Shown here in pieces: positions 16,193 through 25,533 of a stretch of 30,759 bases of DNA. Position 1 is the stretch's first letter, and every line of letters begins with the position of its first letter. The translations under genes and the position numbers were made by a program. Location of the stretch: positions 1-30,759 of the forward strand of contig CAYTBD010000002.1 of the NCBI GenBank assembly GCA_964435755.1, in the 5' to 3' direction. The notes beneath the pieces were generated by a model. That model ran no database searches. It was not told where the DNA came from and saw only the letters and a program-made list of their open reading frames with translations. This stretch comes from an uncultured Rhodobacterales bacterium (GTDB taxonomy: Bacteria; Pseudomonadota; Alphaproteobacteria; Rhodobacterales; Rhodobacteraceae).

Positions 16193-17658
16193 AGCCCCTC
16201 CTCGGCGGCCGGCGGCCTCCCGATCTCGAGAATCCCGTAGGGCCCTGCGGACGCGATGCCCAGGGCGACGGAGGCCCCTGCGAGAAGGAGCGGGACCGCC
16301 TGCCGCGCGCGGGAGGGCGGCACGACCGAGGCCCCGGCTCCACGTCCGAAGAGCATTGCCAGCGGCCGGTAGAGATAGACGGCCGCGAGCAGCCCGCCGA
16401 CAGCCATGACGAGCGCCCAGAGCCATTGTCCCGAAGCGAAGGCCGCCGTCATGACGAGGTACTTTCCGGTAAAGCCGCCCGAGGGAGGAAGCCCCGCCAG
16501 CGTGACCGCCGACAGGGCGAAGGCGAAGGCGGTCATGGGCATCACCTTCGCCAGCCCGCGCATCGCGCCTAACCGGTCGCCGCCCGCAGCCGCCATGAAA
16601 TGCCCCACCGCAAGGAACATGCCCGCCTTTGCGAGGCCGTGGCTCAACGCGAGGAAGACCGCGCCGTTCCACGCCCCCGCCGCCCAGGGAAGGCCCGCGC
16701 TCGTCCCCCCGGCAAGCGGGAAGACGAGGAACAGATAGCCGATCTGCGCGACGGTCGAATAGGCGACGATCAGCTTCAGCCGCACCTGCGCCAGCGCCGC
16801 CAGGCTCCCCCAGAACACGGCCGCGGTCCCGAGAAGCGCGATGAGGACAAGCGCCCCGTCGGAGGCACGGTCGGGCATGGCATCGAACCAGAGCCGCATG
16901 AGGATGACGAAAGACGCCTTCGGGACCAGTCCCGACAGAAGGGCGGATGCCGGAGCCGGCGCGCCGGCATGCGCGGGTGGAAGCCAGACATGGAATGGGA
17001 ACAGCGCGGTCTTGGCCATGAGCCCGGCGGTCATCAGGGCCAGTGCGAGGCCATCGGGTGCCGCCGGTGTCCGGACGGCGACGAGGTCGATGTCGAGCGT
17101 GCCGTGCGCGGCATAGATCAGCACCACACCCGCGAGATACAGAAGTGATCCGGCGAGCGCGAAGACGACGTACCTGATCGCGGCGGCGAGAGCGGCGGCC
17201 TTGCCGTCGATGGCGACGAGGCCGATGGCCGCGAGGCTCAGGAGCTCGATCCCCACATAGAGATTGAAGAGGTCGCGCGACAGGAACACGACGTTCAGCG
17301 CGGACCAGAGAAGGAGCATGAGCGGCCAGAATCCGAACGCCGCACGTGCGCCCGCCGCGTCCGGGGCGAATGTCCCGCGCGCGACAAGGCTCACGCCCGC
17401 CATGACAGCGGCCGTCATCACGATCACGGCGGCCCCGAGCCCGTCCGCCGCGAGAGCGATCCCGAGCGGCGGCGCCCATCCACCGACCTCGAGCCGCAGG
17501 ACGCCGTGCGAATTCACGTGCGCCGCCAGCGACACCGCCGCCGCCGCCGTGGCTGCGACGGCGGCCAGCGCGGCAGCGCGGCCCGTCCGCCCGGGCAGCG
17601 CCACGGCGGCGAGCGCACCGGCAAGCGGGAGAACCAGCAGGGCGACGAGAAAGCTCAC
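16189..17658 (-). CDS. mrpD: MrpD/MnhD-like cation/H+ antiporter subunit (first copy, D1), 489 aa
   Basis: DLFNLYVGIELLS, AKTALFPFHVWLPPAHAGAPAPASALLSGLVPK, AYSTVAQIGY, HGLAKAGMF, GLPPSGGFTGK. Confidence 0.9.
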   Translation of the reverse strand: MSFLVALLVLPLAGALAAVALPGRTGRAAALAAVAATAAAAVSLAAHVNSHGVLRLEVGGWAPPLGIALAADGLGAAVIVMTAAVMAGVSLVARGTFAPDAAGARAAFGFWPLMLLLWSALNVVFLSRDLFNLYVGIELLSLAAIGLVAIDGKAAALAAAIRYVVFALAGSLLYLAGVVLIYAAHGTLDIDLVAVRTPAAPDGLALALMTAGLMAKTALFPFHVWLPPAHAGAPAPASALLSGLVPKASFVILMRLWFDAMPDRASDGALVLIALLGTAAVFWGSLAALAQVRLKLIVAYSTVAQIGYLFLVFPLAGGTSAGLPWAAGAWNGAVFLALSHGLAKAGMFLAVGHFMAAAGGDRLGAMRGLAKVMPMTAFAFALSAVTLAGLPPSGGFTGKYLVMTAAFASGQWLWALVMAVGGLLAAVYLYRPLAMLFGRGAGASVVPPSRARQAVPLLLAGASVALGIASAGPYGILEIGRPPAAEEGL

Positions 17659-17960
17659 CCGCCGTCCTCTTCCTCGGGCAGGACGGCGCGTCCGGCCACC
17701 CGTGCGTGAGCCACGAGAAGCCCGACCGCCAGCGCGCTCGCCGACAGGGCCACCACGATCCCGGTGATGATGAGCGCCTGCGGCACCGGATCGGCCGCGC
17801 CGCCGCGCGCCCCGGTGGCTCCGAAGAAGAGGAAGAGTCCCGAGCCGATCAGGTTGAAGGCCACGATCCGGCGCAGGAGGTGACGCGATGCGACGAGGCC
17901 GTAGAACCCGATCCCGATCGCCGCCGATCCGGTCAGAGCGTAGAGGGTGAGCGCGCTCAT
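17655..17960 (-). CDS. mrpC: MrpC/MnhC (NuoK-like) subunit, 101 aa
   Basis: HLLRRIVAFNLIGSG and DPVPQALIITGIVV motifs; 3 TM helices. Confidence 0.92.
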   Translation of the reverse strand: MSALTLYALTGSAAIGIGFYGLVASRHLLRRIVAFNLIGSGLFLFFGATGARGGAADPVPQALIITGIVVALSASALAVGLLVAHARVAGRAVLPEEEDGG

Positions 17961-18877
17961 CCGCGGCCGTCCCCCTCCGGAGGTCCCAGAACGAGGAAGA
18001 CGAGCGTCACCGCGATCGAAAGCGCCAGACCGACCTCGATGACGAAGATGGCAGTCCCCGCCACCGGTTCGGGCAGGGTGAGGAACCCCGCGCCCAGAAC
18101 CGCCCCCGCCAGTCCCGCGACGAGGAAGACCGCCGGTCCGGCAACGAGCGCCACGCGCCAGCCATGGGCGGCGATGCGGGGCGGCCGCACCTGTCCGGCC
18201 ATCGCCGCGACGAGCCCCACGGCCGCGAGGACTGTGCCGCCCTGGAACGCGCCGCCCGGCCGGTCGGCCCCGACATAGACGATGTAGACCCCCACGAGGA
18301 ATCCGACCGGCGGAAGCAGCCGCCCGAATCCGGCCATGACGCCCCCGGGTCGCACGTGCTGCGGCAGGCCGAGCCGGTTTCCCCAGTGGTCATCGCGGGC
18401 CATCATCCAGAGGCCGATGAGGGCCGCGAGAAGAACGGTGCTCTCCAGAAGAGTATCCCAGGCCCGGAAGTTGAGAAGCACGGCCGTCACCGGGTTCTCG
18501 ACCCCGGCCGGGGGCAGGTCCGGCCGGGGTCGCACGGGGGCCGGCATCGCGAACCATGCCCAGGCGAGGGTGCCGGTCAACCCGCCGCAGGCCAGCGCCG
18601 CCGGGAGATGGAAGCGGCCCGGCGCCGCTTCGTCGCTCACATTCCGGGCGAGCCGACCGAATGTCGTGAGGAAGAGCACTCCGGTCAGGCCGGCGCCGAT
18701 GGCCGCCTCGGCCAGAGCGACGTCAACCGCATCGAGCCGGACCCAGGCCACGGCCATCAGGAGGCCGTAGACGATGAAGAACACGATCGCCCTGAAGACG
18801 CCCCGTCCGAGGACCGTGGCGGAGGCGACCGCCAGGATGAGCGCGCAAAGCGCGGCATCGAACGCCCAGGCCGTCAC
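17957..18877 (-). CDS. mrpB: Stand-alone DUF4040/MbhD-like + MnhB-domain subunit (MrpB-like), 306 aa
   Basis: N-terminal DVALAEAAIGAG motif, then ENPVTAVLLNFRAWDTLLE and PGGAFQGG. GTG at 18877 overlaps the mrpG stop (GTGA). Confidence 0.88.
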   Translation of the reverse strand: MTAWAFDAALCALILAVASATVLGRGVFRAIVFFIVYGLLMAVAWVRLDAVDVALAEAAIGAGLTGVLFLTTFGRLARNVSDEAAPGRFHLPAALACGGLTGTLAWAWFAMPAPVRPRPDLPPAGVENPVTAVLLNFRAWDTLLESTVLLAALIGLWMMARDDHWGNRLGLPQHVRPGGVMAGFGRLLPPVGFLVGVYIVYVGADRPGGAFQGGTVLAAVGLVAAMAGQVRPPRIAAHGWRVALVAGPAVFLVAGLAGAVLGAGFLTLPEPVAGTAIFVIEVGLALSIAVTLVFLVLGPPEGDGRG

Positions 18878-19155
18878 TCGTTGCGATCCTTCAGCGCCGC
18901 ACGGGCGATGAGCTGCGACACCGTCCCGGCAGCGAGGAGCGTCAGCGCCCAGATCAGGATGAGGAGCGCGATCTCCCGCCATTCCCCGACCTGGAAGAGC
19001 ATGCCCAGGGTGATGAAGCCGAGCCCGAGGTTGTCGGCCTTGGTCAGCGCGTGAAGGCGGGTGAACACGTCGGGGAAGCGAAGGAGACCAATCGTGCCGG
19101 CGATGAAGAAGCAGAGCCCCAAGCCGGTAAAGGCGATGGTCGCGATGTCAGCCAT
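18874..19155 (-). CDS. mrpG: MrpG/MnhG subunit, 93 aa
   Basis: GLLRFPDVFTRLHALTKADNLG signature. Confidence 0.93.
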   Translation of the reverse strand: MADIATIAFTGLGLCFFIAGTIGLLRFPDVFTRLHALTKADNLGLGFITLGMLFQVGEWREIALLILIWALTLLAAGTVSQLIARAALKDRNE

Positions 19156-19453
19156 CCGACGTCTCCCCGGCGGGCCTCTCGTCCTCCTCCGGGTCGCCCG
19201 CGCCGTCGGGGCTCGTCGCCTTCACGAACCCGACCGCCGCAAGGGCCGCAAGCAGGGCGAGCGTCAGCGCGACATCGAGGGCGCCGCGCCCGTGAACCGG
19301 CGCGAGAAGCACCAGGACCGCCACGCCGCCTGTGCCGACCAGCTGCGCGCCCATCATGCGGTCGGCGCGGCCGGGTCCCTTCCAGACCCGAAGCAGCGCG
19401 CCGGCGAGACTCGCCAGCACGCCGAGCGCGACGAAGGACAGCCAGACCGTCAT
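19148..19453 (-). CDS. mrpF: MrpF/MnhF subunit, 101 aa
   Basis: GPGRADRMMGAQL and DVALTLALLA motifs; 3 TM helices. Confidence 0.9.
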   Translation of the reverse strand: MTVWLSFVALGVLASLAGALLRVWKGPGRADRMMGAQLVGTGGVAVLVLLAPVHGRGALDVALTLALLAALAAVGFVKATSPDGAGDPEEDERPAGETSDG

Positions 19454-19944
19454 GGCGGCGGCCTCTCCGGATCACGATCAAGCATCATCGCGGCGATCGC
19501 CTTCTCCTCCCGCGGGATGGCACGCTCGAAGCCTGCGTCGATGTCCAGCAGGTGCACCAGTAGCCGGCCATCGCGTGTGCCGGCCGCCAACGTCCCGGGC
19601 ATGAGGGAGAGGTCGCCCCCGATCACGGCGCGCCCCCCCTCGGACAGTCCGACGGGCACCTCTACCCAGCCCGGCCGGAGACGCATGCGCGGGGACAGGG
19701 CGCGCCGCGCCACGTCGATGCCGCCGAGGAGCGAGCCCGCAACGAACACCGGGACGTGACGTGCGAAGCGCCACACGCTCAACCGTCGATGCGCGGGAAG
19801 CAGCTTGAGACTGAGCCAGACCGCCACCGGCACGGCCAGCGCGCCAACCGCGAGACCCTTCGGCTCCGTGCCGGCCAAGACTGCCCAGATCCCCCCGAGA
19901 AACAGAGTCCGGCGCAGTAGAGCCATGATGACAACCCGTGACAT
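19450..19944 (-). CDS. mrpE: MrpE/MnhE subunit; start 19944 or in-frame ATG at 19926
   Basis: GGIDVARRAL, LRPGWVEVP, SLMPGTL and LLVHLLD motifs. Confidence 0.9.
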   Translation of the reverse strand: MSRVVIMALLRRTLFLGGIWAVLAGTEPKGLAVGALAVPVAVWLSLKLLPAHRRLSVWRFARHVPVFVAGSLLGGIDVARRALSPRMRLRPGWVEVPVGLSEGGRAVIGGDLSLMPGTLAAGTRDGRLLVHLLDIDAGFERAIPREEKAIAAMMLDRDPERPPP

Positions 19945-20115
19945 GCCACAAGCTCAACCGATACGCAGCCGGCTTTCAAGCACGCAGTTCCTGCCTCGGG
20001 CCCGTGAAGTGCTCCGGACGGCGCCGGCGTTTTCACGTGAGGGCGGCGCCCGATGCTTCTGGCCAAGGATCTTGAGCGTCGCGCCGAACTTGCGAAATGG
20101 AACATGTGTCGCCAG

Positions 20116-22143
20116 TCATGCCTTGCCTGCCTCGGCTTGCTCGAGAAAGCGCAGAAGCACGGGGCTCGGCGGCCGCCGCAGATCGGTCGCCAGCGCGGCG
20201 CGACCGCGTCGTGCGGCATGGAACAACGGTCCGCCGCGCCAGCGCGGAAAGCCGTAGCCGTGGATTTCCACGAGATCCACGTCCTCCGGCGCGGCTGCGA
20301 TCCTCTCGTCCAGGATCGCCGCGCCTTCCTCGGCCATCTCCGCCACCAGACGCAGCGCCAGCCCCTCGCCCTCGGGCCCCTCGCCGCCGGGCTGCAAATG
20401 CGGCGCCAGCAGCCTCTCCACATCGGCGGACGGACGCGGCGTCCGGTCGCCTTCGGCGTAGTCATACCAGCCGGCTGCGGTCTTCTGCCCCTTGCGGCCG
20501 GCCCGGACCAGCACGTCGCCCAGGGTGTGCGGCACCGTCTCGCCTGCCTGCCGCGCGGCCTCGCGCTGCATGAAGGCGATATCGAGCCCGCCGAGATCCT
20601 GCGCCTCGAACGGCCCCATCGCCATGCCGAAGCGACGCATCGCGGCATCGATATCCGCGATCGCGGCGCCCTCGCGAACCAGCGCTTCGGCCGCCGACCG
20701 GTAGCGCTTCAGAATGCGGTTGCCGATGAAACCCTCGCAGATCCCTGCTTGCACCGGGATCTTTCCGAGCCGCTTGGCAAGGTCGAAAGCCGTGGCGCGC
20801 ACGTCGTCTGCCGTTTGCGGGACCGGCACGACCTCGAGCAGCTTCATCACGTTGGCGGGGCTGAAGAAGTGCAGCCCGATGAAGCGCTCGGGTCCCGGCA
20901 GACCCTCGGCGATGGCGCGCGGGTCGATGTAGGAGGTGTTCGTGGCGAATACCGCGTCGCTCCGGCACGCCGCGCCCAGACGGGCGAAGACCTCGCGCTT
21001 GACGTTGAGGTCCTCGAAGACCGCTTCGATCACGATATCCACCTCGGACAGCGCGCCGTACTCTGTCGTGCCGACGACGCCCGCGAGGCGCGACTCCGCC
21101 TCGGCCTCGGCGATCTTCCCACGCGTCACGCCGCCCGCGTAGATCCGGCGCAGGCCGTCCATGCCCCGCTGCACGGCCGCATCGTCCCGCTCGACAAGCG
21201 TCACCGGCAGCCCCGCGTCACGCAGCGCCGCAGCGATGCCCGCGCCCATCGTGCCGCCGCCCACGACCCCGGCGCGTCGCACAGGGCGGGGCGCGATGCC
21301 CTTGAGGTCCGCGGGCCGCGCCGCCGCCCGCTCGGCGAAAAAGACATGACGGAGCGCGGCCGCCTGATCGCTGTCGCGCAACTCGATGAAGGTCTCGCGC
21401 TCGAAGGCGAGCGCCCTCTCCACGGTCGCCTCGGTCGCCTTGCGCAGACAGGCCAGTGCCCGCAGCGGGGCTTCCGCACCCTTCGCGCGGCGCTTGACCG
21501 CGCTTTCGGCCTCTGGCCAGAACGCGGCCTCCGGCGCTTCGACGGGACGTTCGACCACGGGCGGCGGGAGCGGGCCCTGCAGCGCCGAACGAGCGAAGGC
21601 GACGGCGCCCGCCCGCAGATCGCCTTCGATCAGGGCGTCGACGAGGGCCATCTGCCTCGCCTTCGCGGCTGGTACCGGCCTGCCCGTGGTCACCATCTCG
21701 ACCGCGGCGGGCACGCCGACCGTGCGAGGCAGTCTCACCGTGCCGCCAGCCCCCGGCACGACGCCCAGCAGCACTTCCGGCAGGCCCAGCTTCGCCTCCG
21801 GCAGGGCGACACGGAAGCGGCAGCCGAGCGCAATCTCGAGGCCCCCGCCCAGCGCCTGACCATGGATCGCGGCGACCCAGGGCGTATCCGCCCGCTCCAG
21901 CCGCGCCACCACGTCGGGCAGATACGGCGGCTCCGGCGGTTTGCCGAACTCGCGCACGTCTGCTCCCGCGATGAAAGTGCGCCCTGCGCACAGAAGCACG
22001 ACAGCCTGCACGCCCGCATCCGCGTCGAGCGCCTCCGCAGCCTCCACCAGCCCTTCGCGGACGGATCGGCCGGCGGCGTTGACCGGCGGGTTGTCCACCG
22101 TGACGACGGCGATGTCGCCCTCGCGCTGGATCGATACGGTCAT
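20116..22143 (-). CDS. Fused enoyl-CoA hydratase / 3-hydroxyacyl-CoA dehydrogenase (FadB/PimF-like), 675 aa
   Basis: Crotonase domain with both catalytic Glu (ALGGGLE, GLPEV), then GGGTMGAGIA Rossmann, ATNTSY, catalytic His/Glu in GLHFFSPANVMKLLEV, GFIGNRI and MGPF. Confidence 0.94.
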   Translation of the reverse strand: MTVSIQREGDIAVVTVDNPPVNAAGRSVREGLVEAAEALDADAGVQAVVLLCAGRTFIAGADVREFGKPPEPPYLPDVVARLERADTPWVAAIHGQALGGGLEIALGCRFRVALPEAKLGLPEVLLGVVPGAGGTVRLPRTVGVPAAVEMVTTGRPVPAAKARQMALVDALIEGDLRAGAVAFARSALQGPLPPPVVERPVEAPEAAFWPEAESAVKRRAKGAEAPLRALACLRKATEATVERALAFERETFIELRDSDQAAALRHVFFAERAAARPADLKGIAPRPVRRAGVVGGGTMGAGIAAALRDAGLPVTLVERDDAAVQRGMDGLRRIYAGGVTRGKIAEAEAESRLAGVVGTTEYGALSEVDIVIEAVFEDLNVKREVFARLGAACRSDAVFATNTSYIDPRAIAEGLPGPERFIGLHFFSPANVMKLLEVVPVPQTADDVRATAFDLAKRLGKIPVQAGICEGFIGNRILKRYRSAAEALVREGAAIADIDAAMRRFGMAMGPFEAQDLGGLDIAFMQREAARQAGETVPHTLGDVLVRAGRKGQKTAAGWYDYAEGDRTPRPSADVERLLAPHLQPGGEGPEGEGLALRLVAEMAEEGAAILDERIAAAPEDVDLVEIHGYGFPRWRGGPLFHAARRGRAALATDLRRPPSPVLLRFLEQAEAGKA

Positions 22144-22144
22144 C

Positions 22145-22846
22145 TCAGATTCCCAGATAGGCTTCGCGGACGCGCGGATCCTCGATCAGTTCCTGTGCGG
22201 TTCCCGACATCGGGATGCGACCGGTCTCCATGACGTAGCCGCGATCGGCGATGGACAGGGCGCCGAAGGCGTTCTGCTCCACCAGCAGAACGGTCACGCC
22301 GAGGTCACGCATGCTCTTCAGCACGTCGAAGATCTGCTCCACCAGGATCGGGGCGAGGCCCATGGAGGGCTCGTCCAGCAGAAGGCACGAGGGACGGCCC
22401 ATCAGGGCCCGGGCAATGGCCAGCATCTGCTGCTGGCCGCCCGAAAGACCACCGGCCGAGAGATTCCGCTTCTCCTTCAGGATCGGGAACATCGCGAAGG
22501 CATCGGCGAGATCCTTTTCCACCCGCTCGTCGCGGTAGAGGAACGCGCCGAGGCGGAGGTTCTCCTCGACCGACAGATTGGTGAAGATCTGCCGTCCCTC
22601 CGGCGATTGTGACAGGCCGAGCCGGATGCGCCGGTGCGCGGGAACGCCCTCGAGCGGCTCGCCACGGAACGTGATCGATCCCGCCGAGACCGGCTGCACA
22701 CCGGAAATGCAGCGCAGCAGGGTTGTCTTCCCTGCCCCGTTGGCACCCACGATACAGACGGTCTCTCCGCTCGAAACGGTGAAATCGATCCCGTGCAGCA
22801 CCTCGATCCGGCCGTAGCGCGAGCGCAGTCCCTCAACTGTGAGCAT
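22145..22846 (-). CDS. HAAT/Liv-type ABC transporter ATPase (LivF-like), 233 aa
   Basis: GANGAGKTT, LSGGQQQMLA, LLLDEPSMGLAP, LLVEQN. Confidence 0.95.
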   Translation of the reverse strand: MLTVEGLRSRYGRIEVLHGIDFTVSSGETVCIVGANGAGKTTLLRCISGVQPVSAGSITFRGEPLEGVPAHRRIRLGLSQSPEGRQIFTNLSVEENLRLGAFLYRDERVEKDLADAFAMFPILKEKRNLSAGGLSGGQQQMLAIARALMGRPSCLLLDEPSMGLAPILVEQIFDVLKSMRDLGVTVLLVEQNAFGALSIADRGYVMETGRIPMSGTAQELIEDPRVREAYLGI

Positions 22847-23618
22847 GGCTCGCCTCCTCCGCCCGGGTGCCGAGATAGGCCTCGATCACCGCAGGATCGC
22901 GGCTCACCGCGGCCGGATCGCCCTCCGCGATCTTCTCCCCGTGGTCGAGCACGATGATGTGGTTCGAAATGCGCATGACGAGTTTCATGTCGTGTTCCAC
23001 GAGCAGGATGGCCACGCCCTCGGCGGCGACTTCCGCGATCAGCTTGTCGATCTCCTCTGTCTCCACCGCGTTGCAGCCGGCGGCTGGCTCGTCGAGCAGC
23101 AACACCGTGGGATCGAGCGCCAGCGCGCGCGCGATCTCCAGCTGCTTGAGCGCGCCGTAGGAGAGCGAGCCCGCCTCGTGCGCCGCCACGCGCTCCAGTC
23201 CCACCCGCTCCAGCAGGCGGCGGGCGCCGGTCTCGGCCTCCTGCGCGCGACGGCGCGAGCCGCGCAGGCCAAGCAGGTCCGAAAGCACCGATCCCCGCTC
23301 GCGCAGGTGAAAGCCCGCGATGGCGTTCTCCAGCACGGTCATCTCCTGGAAGATCTGAAGGTTCTGGAAGGTCCGCGACAGACCGCGCCGGGCAAGCAGG
23401 TGTGGCGTGACGCCGGTCACGTCCTCGCCTTCCAGCCGCACGCGGCCGTGGGCCGGCAGATAGATGCCCGAGATCATGTTGAAGAGCGTCGTCTTGCCCG
23501 CGCCGTTCGGCCCGATGATCGAGACGATTTCCCCCGGCTTCACCGCGAAACTCACGTTGTCCACTGCTCGGAGACCACCGAACTCGATACCGAGCCCGTC
23601 CACTTCGAGAATGCTCAT
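22833..23618 (-). CDS. HAAT/Liv-type ABC transporter ATPase (LivG-like), 261 aa
   Basis: FGGLRAVDNV, GPNGAGKTT, RTFQNL, LSYG, LLLDEPAAG, VEHDM. ATG at 23618 overlaps the upstream TGA. Confidence 0.95.
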   Translation of the reverse strand: MSILEVDGLGIEFGGLRAVDNVSFAVKPGEIVSIIGPNGAGKTTLFNMISGIYLPAHGRVRLEGEDVTGVTPHLLARRGLSRTFQNLQIFQEMTVLENAIAGFHLRERGSVLSDLLGLRGSRRRAQEAETGARRLLERVGLERVAAHEAGSLSYGALKQLEIARALALDPTVLLLDEPAAGCNAVETEEIDKLIAEVAAEGVAILLVEHDMKLVMRISNHIIVLDHGEKIAEGDPAAVSRDPAVIEAYLGTRAEEASHAHS

Positions 23619-24571
23619 TCGCTTCTTCCTCCGACCAGGCGCAGGATCGTCGGCAGCAGGCCGGCCGGCAGGAAGATCATCACGCTCATCATCACGAAGC
23701 CGAGCATCAGTTGCTCGTATTCCGCGAAGACGGTGAGGACCTGCGGCAGCAGCGTGAGCACGCCCGCTCCGAAGATCGCGCCCAGCACACTGGCCGCGCC
23801 GCCGAGGACGGCCATCGTGACGAGCTCGATCGAGTGCAGATAGCCCGCCACATCGGGGGTGATGAACCGGTTCTGGAACGCCAGAAGCGAGCCGGAAACC
23901 GATGCGTAGACCGCCGAAATGACGAAGGCCTGCAGCTTCGCGCGTGCCACGTCCACGCCCACGGTGCGGGCGGCGATTTCGGAGCCGTGCAGCGCGCGCA
24001 GCGCCCGGCCGGTCGGGCTGCGGTGCAGGTTCAGCGCGAGCCATGCGCCGAAGAGCAGCACGAGACCCGAAAACCAGTACCAGAAGACCGAGCCTTTCAA
24101 GTCGAGACCCGCAAGCTCCAGAAGGTCGCGGAGGCCCAGTTCGGGCACGACGATGCCGTCCGGCCCACCCGTGATCTCCGTCTCGTTTGCCAGCACCATC
24201 GCCACGAGTATGCCGAAGCCAAGCGTCGCGACCGCCAGGTAATAGCCCTGAAGCCGCAGGATCGGCCGGCCGATCCCCCAGGCGACGAGGCCCGAGATCA
24301 CCGCGCCCAGGACGGCTGCGAGCCCCGGGTGCAGACCGAGATACTCAGGCGCCAGCGCGCAGGAATAGGCGCCGATGCCGATGAAGCCCGCGTGCCCGAG
24401 GCTGATCTGGCCCGCATAGCCCACGAGGATCACCAGGCCGGTCACCGCGAGCCCGTTGATGAAGATGAGCGAACCCACCCGATAGTAGAAGGAGGATGGA
24501 AAGAAGAACGGCGTGAGCGCGATCAGCGCCGCCAGGACGAGCAGCGTCGCCCATTTTGCCGAGACAGGCAT
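23615..24571 (-). CDS. HAAT/Liv-type ABC permease (LivM-like), 318 aa
   Basis: GYAGQISLGHAGF, LRLQGYYLAVATLGF, TGGPDG, GRALRAL and AVLGG motifs. ATG at 24571 shares one base with the upstream TAA (TAATG). Confidence 0.93.
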   Translation of the reverse strand: MPVSAKWATLLVLAALIALTPFFFPSSFYYRVGSLIFINGLAVTGLVILVGYAGQISLGHAGFIGIGAYSCALAPEYLGLHPGLAAVLGAVISGLVAWGIGRPILRLQGYYLAVATLGFGILVAMVLANETEITGGPDGIVVPELGLRDLLELAGLDLKGSVFWYWFSGLVLLFGAWLALNLHRSPTGRALRALHGSEIAARTVGVDVARAKLQAFVISAVYASVSGSLLAFQNRFITPDVAGYLHSIELVTMAVLGGAASVLGAIFGAGVLTLLPQVLTVFAEYEQLMLGFVMMSVMIFLPAGLLPTILRLVGGRSE

Positions 24572-25443
24572 TACACGCGCTCCGTGGATTTGCGGCCGAA
24601 GAGACCCTGCGGCATGAAGAAGAGAACGGCCAGGATGACGACGAAGGTGGCGGCCTCCTTGTACTGCGAACTGAGATAGCCGGCGGTCAGCGCCTCGAGC
24701 ACACCCAGGATCAGCCCGCCCGCGAGCGCCCCTTTGGGGTTGCCCATGCCGCCCAGCATCGCCGCCGCAAAGCCCTTGAGCGCCAGCGCCACGCCGACAT
24801 CGTAGCTCGTCAGGGTGATCGGCGTGATGAGCACGCCGGCGAGGGCTCCGATCGCCGCCGACAAGGCGAAGGACAGCGTCATCACCCAGTTGGTGTTGAT
24901 GCCGACGAGCTTCGCGGCCAGCCGGTTGTTCGAAGTGGCGAGCACCGCGCGCCCCGTCATGGTCCGCGTGAAGAACAGGTACAGCGCGACGAAGATCGCG
25001 GCGGCCCCGGCGACCACCCAGAGGCTCTGGGGCAGGATCGTGGCTCCCAGCAGTTCCAGCGGATCGTCGCCGGAGATCGCCGGAAAGCGGTGGAGCTGCT
25101 TGTCGAAGACGATCTGCGTGACTCCGCGGATGAAGATCGATGCGCCGATCGTGATGATGATCAGCGACACGACGGGCGCCCCGCGCGCGGGTTCGATCGC
25201 CAGCTTGTTCAGTGCGACCCCGATCCCCGCCGTCACCAGTATGGCAATCAGCGCGGCCAGCGGCAGCGGCAGGCCCGCGGCGAAGGAGAAGACGGTGATC
25301 ATCCCGCCCAGCATCACGAACTCGCCCTGCGCGAAGTTCACGACGTCGGAGGCGTTGTAGATGATCGTGAAACCGAGCGCGACCAGCGCGTAGACGGCGC
25401 CGACCGTGATCCCGGAGAAAAGGAACTGGATCAGTTCGGACAT
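24571..25443 (-). CDS. HAAT/Liv-type ABC permease (LivH-like), 290 aa
   Basis: YALVALGFTIIY, VVNFAQGE, GRAVLA, AKLVGIN and KGFAAAMLGGMG motifs. Confidence 0.95.
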   Translation of the reverse strand: MSELIQFLFSGITVGAVYALVALGFTIIYNASDVVNFAQGEFVMLGGMITVFSFAAGLPLPLAALIAILVTAGIGVALNKLAIEPARGAPVVSLIIITIGASIFIRGVTQIVFDKQLHRFPAISGDDPLELLGATILPQSLWVVAGAAAIFVALYLFFTRTMTGRAVLATSNNRLAAKLVGINTNWVMTLSFALSAAIGALAGVLITPITLTSYDVGVALALKGFAAAMLGGMGNPKGALAGGLILGVLEALTAGYLSSQYKEAATFVVILAVLFFMPQGLFGRKSTERV

Positions 25444-25498
25444 GGATCAGCTGTCTCGGGACATGGGGCCGGCACCCAAGACGGCCGGCGTGGAAAGG

Positions 25499-25523
25499 GG
25501 CCCGCCCAAGTCGGGGGCGGGCC
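25499..25523 (-). other. GC-rich stem-loop between the binding-protein gene and the first permease (likely mRNA stabiliser or attenuating element)
   Basis: Perfect 9-bp stem GGCCCGCCC / GGGCGGGCC with a 7-nt loop, 10 nt after the SBP stop. Only a short T-run follows on the coding strand, so probably not a strong terminator. Confidence 0.55.
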
Positions 25524-25533
25524 GTTCTGGCGG

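Noticed and set aside
14729-17479. Apparent giant fusions in the ORF track (916 aa 14729..17479; 658 aa 13098..15074; 842 aa 23615..26143; 403 aa 22833..24044; 341 aa 17957..18982)
   Set aside because: The N-terminal parts are out-of-frame readings of the upstream genes. The true starts (16192, 14732, 24571, 23618, 18877) overlap the upstream stop codons in the normal coupled arrangement.
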